Made by a program: the position numbers and the translations under genes
NCBI GenBank assembly: GCA_032718475.1
Contig: JAUCBJ010007218.1
Coordinates: 1-32,167 of the forward strand
Direction: 5' to 3'
Source: Nemertoderma westbladi
Lineage: Eukaryota > Animalia > Xenacoelomorpha
DNA length: 32,167 nucleotides
Shown: piece after piece, positions 10,910-20,296 of the stretch
Position numbering within the stretch: position 1 is the stretch's first letter
How the letters are laid out: each line of letters begins with the position of its first letter
Notes under the pieces: model-generated
Seen by the model: only the letters and a program-made list of their open reading frames with translations
What the model was told of the DNA's origin: nothing
Database searches by the model: none

Positions 10910-11289
10910 GTAACAGTTTATAATATCTTATTGCAGTAGGCAATAAGGTTGCAAGTGTAGGCATTAAATACAGCTTAATACTGTTCTGTCGAACAGTAAC
11001 AGTTTATAATCTTATTGCAGTAGGCAATAAGGTTGCAAACTACCGTAGTGACCGGTAAAACTGAACCGGTACTTTGTAGGTCAGTAGGCCTAACTGTCAT
11101 CACCGGTACCGGTACTGCTGTACAAGTACATTTAGTATTATTCGATTTTGATTATTGTATACCGGTAGGCTGTTTAAGAGATTAGGGACTGTACACCCCT
11201 TGTTTCTTTTGGAGCTTACTTATTTCTGTCAGTTTTATTTCCTAGTAAGTTAATATTGAGCTGAAGACGTGTAAGTCTGCTCAGATTGT

Positions 11290-11870
11290 TCAGATAATTG
11301 TAGGCTGAGCTGCTGTCTGACTGTGGTTGGGTTTGGAGAGATTACGGCGTGTGTAGAGTTTGTCTGATAAAGTGCCGTTAGTAAGTTGGGGCAGCCATAA
11401 GCGGTAAGGTCAATCCCCTCTTAAAGAGTAAGTCGTACTACCGTGTTAGAACGCATACTAACTAACAGTTTCAGAGTCTGCATATACTGTAGTTTATCTA
11501 GGCTTGATCGTAGTCTGCCAGTGTTTTAGCCTGTGTTTGTTTGTGTGGTCTGTTCAGGTACCGTAATAGTTATTACTCAAATATTTGTAGGCTGGATTGT
11601 TGTCTAGCTATTTTTGGGTCTGAAGGGATTGCTGCGTGTGTAGAGTTGGTCTGATCAAGTGCCGTTAGTAAGTTGGGGCAGCCATAAGCGGTAAGGTCAA
11701 TCCCCTCTTAAAGAGTAAGTCGTACTACCGTGTTAGCACGCATACTAACTAACAGTTTCAGAATCTGCACATACAGTAGTTTGTTTAGGCTTAATAGTAG
11801 TCTGCCAGCGTTTGGTTTGTATTTGTTTGAGTATTCTGTACGGGTAGCGTAATATTTATTATTCAGAGTT
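11290..11870 (+). repeat. Tandem duplication of a ~287-bp module in the leader of element A
   Basis: gccgttagtaagttggggcagccataagcggtaagg... at 11374 and 11661. Confidence 0.9.
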
Positions 11871-12168
11871 TATGCGATTATTCGCAACATTCATGTCCCC
11901 AAGTTTATTCCTACAGTAATTGTGCTTGTTATACATACCGTTATAGTTAAACTAACCCCGGTACTACATCAGGGCTGCTTGGCGTAGGTAAAGACTGACG
12001 ACTTTGTGCTTCGGTCACTCCAGCAGATGCCGTGGTTCTTTTAACTGTTCAAGTATATTTAACTACTGATTATTTGTTATACCGGTACTTGTACCTAATT
12101 TAGGGTTTAGAGTACAGTGCCTTCCGAAGTAATTAGTGTAGGCAGTATATTTGTGTCACTATTTCACC

Positions 12169-15100
12169 ATGATGTATCTTACCGCAGATCGTCCACTGCC
12201 TGTTGTCCCGGACAGTTTTGAACAAATGGAAGAGTATTGCAAAACTGGAGAACGATCACCCGCGTTTCCTCTGCAGGACGTACGTCTTTGGTATTATTGT
12301 GACTCATGTCCTAGACCTAACCAGCAAACGGAAAGACATAAACATCCGCGGAGACGTTGTGCTAAACACAGTTTTACGCGTTATACTTACGGGAGTTTCG
12401 AGCGAAACCTGTTCGACGTATCCCCTGCGATCGCCCGTTTAAAACGATCGCTAAATAAACCCATGATCAGAGTTCCGGAATACTCGGTCAGACCTCCCCA
12501 TTTCCCCGTGAGACCTCAAACTCTTGATCCTAACAGTATCACAGATCCTCCCGAATTATACTCACTGTTCAAGGATTTGGTGTTACCCGAGCAGCTAATC
12601 GGTGGTGCTCCGGCGGTAGGTTCGTTAGATATTCGACCATCCTATTTAACCGGATTGGGACGCGGACATCTAACCTCGCCTTTTAATCCTTACAACCGGC
12701 CAGGATTAACGCCGATACAACCTGCCACGGAAGTCGAGGAGAGTGTCATTAGAAACGCTCTAGACGCCATCCGACAGAAAATCGGAAAGGGAACCCAGGA
12801 TTTTCTAGAGAAACGTAAATTACAGCAGCAGGTCCAATCGGTAAAAGAGCTAGCCTTGCCGCAGTTTGATAGAGAAATCCAAAACCTCGAAGAGGACATC
12901 GAGCTTGGACGTACGTATTCTCTACAGGAGTTTCTGGAAGAACGCTTACAGAAACAAGCGGAGGAGAATCAACTGGAGGAGAGGCATACGGAAATGGATG
13001 AGAGGGAAGAAGCCGCTTTAGCCCAACCCGAAACTCAGATACTCATAACCGATCTCTACTCTAAAACCGTCCGTCATCCCTCGATGGTTCCGCATTTCGG
13101 AGATAAACTTTTCGCAAAGATACAACCCCAACCGGTTGATATCAGCATAAGATCGCAAAATCTTATCGCCGACGCTCCTATGTTACAGCGTCCGCCAATC
13201 GAGGCCGCTCGAGTTGACGGTATACTCGTTGAACCTCCGGACAATCGAGCGGATCTTGTCCGTCGTATGGTACACGATGTCAACATACGCGCTAGACCTT
13301 TACAGAACTCTTTTTATGGAATTAAAGATCACCCTTATTACGTTAATCTGACTCAATATTATATGGTAAAACCAGAAGATCCGACGCATGATTTAAAGTT
13401 TCTACCACTAATAAATCCTCTGGACATTGTCGAACTCGAACAATTACAAAAACATCTGGATCAATTAGTAAAGGCAAACTCATTTCGAAAACCATATAAC
13501 GTTTCTCGAATAGAGAAGGATACAGAACCTCCTTATAATCTCGATGGATTTATTAAAACTCGATTAGTCCATTGGAATCTAGACGTATTATTCGAGGAGG
13601 AGAAAATCCAAAGATATGGAAATGTGGAGACGTATACCACTCGATATATGAAGTATAGTGATCTCCCTGACGCTAATCAATGCGCCACCTTGTGGCATCC
13701 GGTAGGGATGACCCTCGAGAACGCCACCAAAGAGTGGAATGAAACTCTTAATATCATTGAGATGTATGGCGTTGTTACTTATGATAACGAAGGTAGCGTT
13801 CCAATCGGAGAATTAGGAACTACGCGCATGATACATATACGCGGATTAGCTGGCTCCACTCACGTGTTTACGCGAGCGTGTTCCGACGTGATCGATTATT
13901 CCTTCGAAACTCTCACCGAAACGCAGAAGAATCTCCGACATGGACAATTCGAACTCGCGCAGCGTTACGTCATCGACACCGAACGCAAACCGGCCATGGG
14001 TATCGATGGATCGATGTTACCCCAACCCGTTCTCGAGATGTTATTCAACGAAAGAATTGTTAAAATCGGCTCAGCTGTTTATGGAGATCTCCAAAACGAC
14101 TTTCGGAATATGGAGAATATCCCCTATCCTTTCGTGGATACTCAGCTGATAGCGCCTTGGGCCGAAGGCCGAGGTTTCTTTCGCACCATGTATGCTAATG
14201 TGTCTAGCAACATTACAAAGGTGCAACGAACTTCCATCGGACATCTTGCCTTTCAGGAATACGGGTGGAATTTCAAAGTCGGAAATCCCATCAACTATCA
14301 ACAAGTATACGGAGACCATTATTCTCGATTATACTTTGACGGACCATTAACCGCACCTGGCGCCGTGTATAGCTTCATGAGTGTTCCACTCCGACCCTCC
14401 TTAGCTATCTACACGATCTTCGAAAACACCGCACTTTCCGGTTGGCTAGCCGATGTGTGCAGTCGTACTATACGCGCCCATCCATTAATCCTTGGGACCA
14501 AACTCGCTAAGCTAGATGAACATAATAAATTCATCCGCTTTGAATGTTTCCGACGGTTTTTAACCCCGTTTCGCAACGTGGATAGCCAATTCAAAGACCG
14601 CGCTTTGACCAAGCTCAGCTTAAGAGACTCAGCTGCGGAGAAGTTGGATAGCGCTGGATTCGCTATTTTCCGAGACATTTGTGTGATAAACCTGCACTCC
14701 TCGGTTATCCAAAGACCTCGGATCCCCACCGGTTATTCTGTCGTGGAAATTCAGACGGTAGGTCCACTTGAGGAGACGGCCATACCTACCTCAACTATAC
14801 AAGGGGAAGACGAACCCATATGTTTAGAATCGGAAGAGATTCAGCCCCCCACGGCTCGGAGTAGCGATAGTGACTATATATTGGAATGGTATCAAGGTCC
14901 ACAGTGTCTTACTGCGTATGATTATCGCCATGCCAATTATGTTTCTCGACAACGTTGTCGGCTGTGCGCATCGAGAGACCATATTACGTCTATGGACACC
15001 AACGATCTTTGTTCCTATTTCCACGAGCAACCGTCGATGGAAATCTATTGTGCATATTGTCGGCTTAATAATTTGCACATTTTTGCCGTCTGCCCCCAAT

Positions 15101-15885
15101 TTATGACTCAATGCCATCATTGTCAATTAAAAGGACACGCCAGCTTTGATTGTCCCTTCAACCATGATTTAGAGAGCGTAGATGAGATGATTGTACTACG
15201 TTATATCAGAGCTTGGGAAGCGAACGCTGATTTACATTGTGATTCACGCCATCGCTATTATCCCGGACGCGCCTACGAAGGAGTTTATGCGTTCCATCCA
15301 TATTTGTTTGCCTCCGTCGAGCAAAAATCGCGCCTATCAAGTTATGAACTATTGAAGCGCGTTGGAGAATGTATTTCAACCAAATATGTACGTAAATTTC
15401 TCAGGAGCATTAATCCGAGTGACATCCAGTCTTACAACTTAATAAACTTTATCCGTCAAGACCCTGCCTATGGAGACTTATTCGTCAACTCACACCCTGA
15501 GTTACAAGAAGTATATCGACGGCCTTACGAGTATCGAGCCCGCGAACGCGAGTTAGAAAGAACCATTAAACCAAGGAAGTTTCTAACTGCCTATGGTCCA
15601 CCCACAGCCCTCGTTCAGACCACTCGTAAAGGACCCGTAAGAGCGGCTGTCTTGAAACGAGCTCTCAAAGCCGTTAGACCCCTCTCCCCGGACGTTGATG
15701 TCAATCAACCCGGTACTTCGACCGGCGGATATACCGATCGCAACCCCATACCTTCTGATGCAATCATATTGCACCCTTCACCCAGGAGTTATAGCCCTCC
15801 TCGTAAAGTGGCTCGCCCCAAAGAGAAAAGGACTCTTGCTAGCTTTAAAAAACTGCGTAAACGCCGTCCGCGCAAGAAAGACTAA
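12169..15885 (+). CDS. 1238-aa protein: acidic coiled-coil-like region, DEDDy-like (WRN/EXD/Mut-7 family) 3'-5' exonuclease domain, three CCHC zinc knuckles, basic C-terminus
   Basis: First ATG at 12169 (caccATG). ExoI-like VVTYDNEG (13771), ExoII-like LPQPVLEMLFNERIVKIGSAVYGD (14017-14088), FVDT, SIGHLA, ExoIII-like PLRPSLAIYTIFE; CRLC..H..C, CAYCx5Hx4C and CHHCQLKGHASFDC (14956-15153); ends KKLRKRRPRKKD. Confidence 0.85.
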   Translation: MMYLTADRPLPVVPDSFEQMEEYCKTGERSPAFPLQDVRLWYYCDSCPRPNQQTERHKHPRRRCAKHSFTRYTYGSFERNLFDVSPAIARLKRSLNKPMIRVPEYSVRPPHFPVRPQTLDPNSITDPPELYSLFKDLVLPEQLIGGAPAVGSLDIRPSYLTGLGRGHLTSPFNPYNRPGLTPIQPATEVEESVIRNALDAIRQKIGKGTQDFLEKRKLQQQVQSVKELALPQFDREIQNLEEDIELGRTYSLQEFLEERLQKQAEENQLEERHTEMDEREEAALAQPETQILITDLYSKTVRHPSMVPHFGDKLFAKIQPQPVDISIRSQNLIADAPMLQRPPIEAARVDGILVEPPDNRADLVRRMVHDVNIRARPLQNSFYGIKDHPYYVNLTQYYMVKPEDPTHDLKFLPLINPLDIVELEQLQKHLDQLVKANSFRKPYNVSRIEKDTEPPYNLDGFIKTRLVHWNLDVLFEEEKIQRYGNVETYTTRYMKYSDLPDANQCATLWHPVGMTLENATKEWNETLNIIEMYGVVTYDNEGSVPIGELGTTRMIHIRGLAGSTHVFTRACSDVIDYSFETLTETQKNLRHGQFELAQRYVIDTERKPAMGIDGSMLPQPVLEMLFNERIVKIGSAVYGDLQNDFRNMENIPYPFVDTQLIAPWAEGRGFFRTMYANVSSNITKVQRTSIGHLAFQEYGWNFKVGNPINYQQVYGDHYSRLYFDGPLTAPGAVYSFMSVPLRPSLAIYTIFENTALSGWLADVCSRTIRAHPLILGTKLAKLDEHNKFIRFECFRRFLTPFRNVDSQFKDRALTKLSLRDSAAEKLDSAGFAIFRDICVINLHSSVIQRPRIPTGYSVVEIQTVGPLEETAIPTSTIQGEDEPICLESEEIQPPTARSSDSDYILEWYQGPQCLTAYDYRHANYVSRQRCRLCASRDHITSMDTNDLCSYFHEQPSMEIYCAYCRLNNLHIFAVCPQFMTQCHHCQLKGHASFDCPFNHDLESVDEMIVLRYIRAWEANADLHCDSRHRYYPGRAYEGVYAFHPYLFASVEQKSRLSSYELLKRVGECISTKYVRKFLRSINPSDIQSYNLINFIRQDPAYGDLFVNSHPELQEVYRRPYEYRARERELERTIKPRKFLTAYGPPTALVQTTRKGPVRAAVLKRALKAVRPLSPDVDVNQPGTSTGGYTDRNPIPSDAIILHPSPRSYSPPRKVARPKEKRTLASFKKLRKRRPRKKD

Positions 15886-15953
15886 CTGTTTAGAGTATTT
15901 TTATATTTTAGAAACTGTGATTTTGTATATTTTATAGACTTAAATCCCATTTT

Positions 15954-15963
15954 CTGGGAGCGG
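15954..15963 (+). other. Polypurine-tract-like plus-strand primer site of element A
   Basis: ctgggagcgg abutting the TGT start of the 3' LTR. Confidence 0.65.
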
Positions 15964-17200
15964 TGTAAAAGCTTTTGTGGGATAACTGATACGTTTGCCT
16001 TTGCTGGCCAGTTCCCCCCCAGGCGCTGGAATACTCTAAAAAGGTTTTCTAACTGTATATATATTCCCCTCGCCCGCAAGGTACCTTTACAGGTGTTTTA
16101 ACGGACATAAAAATAATTCTGTTATATACGTGTTTTAGTGGACATGGTAAGGCAAAAAACCTGCAATGCACCAACTACCTTTCACAGCTTAGCCGTGATA
16201 ATTCATATTACGACATCTAACAGCTGGTTGCTGACATGGAAACAGCCATTGGACGCACGGTTCTTTGTTTGGCTTGAGCCAATCAGAGCGATTTTTCCTG
16301 TCGACGTGTAGCTTTTAGTCGATCATAAGGAGAGTGTTCAGTCTTACTGTTTTTTCTTGATACTTTGTTGTTATTGCTGTCTAAGCCAGAAACACCGGCC
16401 TTTTGGGAAGAACTCTAGTAAACTGCTTGAATTATCGAAAGTATAAACTGTTACCTTACCTCATCTCACCTTGATACTTTACTTACTTAATTTAATTGCA
16501 TTAATCATATTGTTTGTACTGTTATTTTACCGTCAGTTATTAATTGTACCTATTTGTTGATGGAAATATTGCTATTTGGATAATACGGATAAATCACCCA
16601 ATTCCCAATTTTCTTGATAACACTACAGGTTAGAGAGACCGGCTATACATAACAATTGCGATTTATATTAATGTGGTGTGTATTGAATCCAATGTTATTT
16701 AGCAGACCCTACGTGAGTCAATTACTGCTCTCTTTATGTGTGATCAAATGTACTGACTGTCGGCAGAATAGTGTGTATGATCGTGATTGGTAACAAAGTA
16801 TTTCCTAAAGAATACGCTTTATACTTTAATCATAAGCAGTATCGTTGCGTTTTAGTATAAGTCTTAGTTCTGTTTAAATAGATAAAGCGCCACGTCCTAA
16901 AGGAACTGTTAATATTTCCCGAAAGCCAATAATATCTGTCAGAGATTAATTATTAACGATCTATCGAATAATACATTAGGTATACACTGCAACCTTACAC
17001 TGTAATAATACAATTCAAGCATCCGAATTCAGTCTCCCGGGTGTAGATCCATCGGGTGAATGATCGCGCATGGGCTGACTTCGGCTAATGTTTTGCGTAT
17101 TAGCATAAATTATTGTCGTATGCTAAAGTGGTTTTAATTAACTAAAAGACATATAAATTTTGGCAGGTTAAACTGCTAAAGGTCTTCAAAAGCGCGAACA
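15964..17200 (+). repeat. 3' LTR of element A
   Basis: Direct repeat of 9673-10909 at a constant 6291-bp offset, followed by TSD GGCCG. Confidence 0.95.
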
Positions 17201-18545
17201 GGCCGTGTCCTTACTGTACTGGTGTTTTAGAGGACATAAAAGCCATTTCTTCTGTATTTGTACTTTAGAGGACATAATCCGCAATTTCGTGACGCAATAA
17301 GCTAGATATTCTTGAAAACAGTGTCGCTACCATGACGACGGCTAACAGCTGATATTGCCACATCGAACATTTCTTTGTTCTTTGTTCTCTCTTTGTACGG
17401 TCGACCAATCAGAGCGTTTTTTGTCTCTGTGTTGGAAGTTGGATACAGAAACTCAGGAATTCAGTTATATGTTTTTGCCCAGAGCCTAAGAACACCGGCT
17501 TTTGGCACCTCCGTGTTTCAGTCTTTAGCTTAACATTAGTAGGCTTAATTATAGAACGTATATCTGTTATCTAAACATATCATGCATATCTTACTTAACA
17601 TTACTGCTTTTGCTGTCGGTTATTCATTATATTTGTTGATGGAAGATTATATTTGGAATACTGATCAATAGTCAGACACCCCAATCTTCTTGATATACTA
17701 AAGGTTAGAGAGACCGGTTACAGATAAACGATTGCGACTTAAGTTAAGTGGTGTGAAGTGAATCTAATGCTATTTTATAGGCCCTACATGTATTGTCTGT
17801 TATTCTCTTTGTATGTGACTAAAATTAGTGAAGGTCGGCAGATTGGTGTGCAGCATTGTGCAGCATTGTGTATGATTGTGACTGATAACAAAGCATCTCC
17901 TAAAGAATGCGCCATATACATGAATCTATAGCCATCTCATTGCGTCTGGTTTAAGTCATAACTCTGTTTACATATTTAGAGCCCCACGTCCTAAAGGAAC
18001 TGTTAATATTTCCCGAAAGTGAATAATATTTGTCAGAGATTATATATTACGATCAGTCGAATAATACAGTAGGCTTACACCATCAATCATTAAGCTTCCG
18101 AATTCAGTCTCCCGGGTATATCCAGCGGGTGAATGATTGCGCATAGACTGGCTTCGGCTAATGTAGTGTATCAAATACTCGTCATAGGCTAAAGACTATC
18201 TATCATCTAAAAGACATCCTAATTTGGCAGGTTAAACTGTCAAAGGTCTTAAAAGCGCAAACAATAACAGATATTGCTTCTGGATTGCGGTGTAAGCAAT
18301 CTAGTCGAAAGTACCGGTCGACCGGTAATCTGTAGGCCTGACTGCCTGATCATCCGGACCGGTACCTACAGCAGTACAGGTACAGCAGTATTATTCGATT
18401 TTTATAATTATATACTGGTGGGCCTTAATAATTAATCAGGGACGGCCGCCCTGGTTTTTTATTGAGATTTTACTTGTTTCTGTCAAGTTTTATTTATTTG
18501 TAGGTTAATATTGAGCAGAAGGCGTGTAAGCTTGCTCCGATTGTA

Positions 18546-19125
18546 CAGATAATTTGTAGGCTGGACTGTTGTCTAACCGTTGTTAAGTCTGAACGGATTG
18601 CAGTGTGTGTAGAGCATCTGTCCGATAAAGTGCTAAGTTAGGAAAGTAGGGGCTTCAAGTGCTGTGAGGTAAACCCCCTGTGAAAGAATAAGTCGTACTA
18701 CTGGGTTAGAACGCATACTAACTAATCATCTCGGAGTCTGCATATACTGTAGTTTATTTAGGCTTGATAGTAGTCTGCCAGCGTTTGGTCTGTACTTTGT
18801 TTGTGTAGTCTGTACGGGTAGCGTATAATTTTATTTAGATAATTTGTAGGCTGGATAGTTGTCTGGCTGTTGTTGGGTTTGAGGAAATTTCGGTATGTGT
18901 AGAGCATCTGTCCGAAAAGGTGCTAGTTGGGAACGTAGGGGCTTCAAGTGCTGTGAGGTAAACCCCCTGTGAAAGAATAAGTCGTACTACTGGGTTAGAA
19001 CGCATACTAAGTAATCATTTCGGAGTCTGCATATACCGTAGTTTGTTTAGGCTTGATAGTAGTCTGTCAGTATTTGGTCTGCATTTTGTTTGAGTAGTTG
19101 TACGCGTAGCGTAATATTTATTATT
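18546..19125 (+). repeat. Tandem duplication of the homologous ~289-bp module in the leader of element B
   Basis: gtaggggcttcaagtgctgtgaggtaaaccccctgtgaaagaataagtcg at ~18646 and ~18935. Confidence 0.9.
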
Positions 19126-20296
19126 CAGAGTTTATGCTATTATTCGCAACATTCATTCCCCAAGTTTATTCCTACAGTAATTGTGTTTGTTATACATACC
19201 GTTATAGTTAAACTAACCCCGGTACTACATCAGGGCTGCTCGGCGTAGGTAAAGACTGGAGATTTTGTGCTTTAGTCACTCCGGCAGATACCGTGGTTCT
19301 TTTAGCTGTTCAAGTATTTTTAACTACTAATTATTTGTTGTACAAGTACTTGTACCTAATTTAGGGTTTAGTGTACAGTGCTTTCCGAAAGCAATTAGTG
19401 TGTAGGCAGTATATTTGTGTTGTAAAGTGGTTAATAGGCACGTTGGTTCTGGTAGAACGCGGTAATTAATCTCTAGGTAGGAACACTCCGTGATACATAA
19501 CGTAGTACCTATAGCGATACGGTTATAGGTCGTCAGGCGGTGGTATTTTCCTATCTGGACAACGCAGTATATTTACTACTACTTATTATTTTCAAATACC
19601 GTAGTAACCTGTCCGTTGTAATAACCAGATATTCTAACCCTTTGTTAGGCTGGTTAGTAGACTTCTTGTAAAATTACCCTAAAAATTTGTATTTGAGTAT
19701 TTGTAATTAAATTTTTTGTGTTTATTTAGAGATTGTAATCTCAACCCGAATTGTACGTAATTCGTAGTATTAAGTAACTTAGGTAAATTAGAATTATTTG
19801 TTTTAGTGTCTAACAAGTAGCACTCCACTGAGAGCGCACAGCTTATGTGTAGTGACTCCCCCAGAAATAATAACATTTATTTCAAACATTGACAAAACCC
19901 ATTAACCCTATCCATACCGGGGGGGGGGGACTTTTGGAGACGCACTTTATTTGATAGCTTGGTTCAAAGCCAAACCACATTTATTGCAAGTGAAATTCCG
20001 TTACATTTCCTAAAATTTATTATTCTTTATCTTAAAACAAAAATTAATTTTCATATTATTATTTATGACCATGAAAATGACTCGTAAACTGACCTGTCTC
20101 TGAAACTGTCATATTATTGCTGAACTATTATAGGCGGGAAATTTAAAATTCAATCAATTTAATATAAATTTAAAATCAATTTAAACATAATTATAGTATA
20201 TAAATATTATATTTCAGCATTAGTGTGTGGCATATTTAGATAGAGGAATAAATTTTGTATCTAAAACTTTTTACTTTAAAGTAATATCATCACACC

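Larger units (their letters stand above)
9673..17200 (+). mobile_element. Complete LTR element 'A' lacking pol genes and carrying a single exonuclease/zinc-knuckle ORF
   Basis: Two 1237-bp direct repeats with TGT..ACA ends; 5-bp TSD GGCCG at 9668-9672 and 17201-17205; G-rich tract ctgggagcgg directly before the 3' LTR. Confidence 0.95.
9594..19420 (+). mobile_element. Host LTR element 'B': split 5' LTR (9594-9672 plus 17206-18263) and internal leader 18264-19420; its ORF and 3' LTR are not seen
   Basis: Starts TGTAAAAGCTTTTG like element A and ends aaaagcgcaaACA at 18263; collinear but diverged homology to A's LTR and to A's leader (10910-12156). Confidence 0.85.

Noticed and set aside
11428-11474. 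47-nt mini-intron (GTAAGT..TACTAAC..TTTCAG) in each leader module of A
   Set aside because: The GT and terminal AG are not conserved in B's modules; TACTAAC is also explained as a stem arm. Not excluded without RNA data.
12169-15885. env gene or conventional gag-pol
   Set aside because: No signal peptide or transmembrane segment and no RT, integrase or protease motifs.
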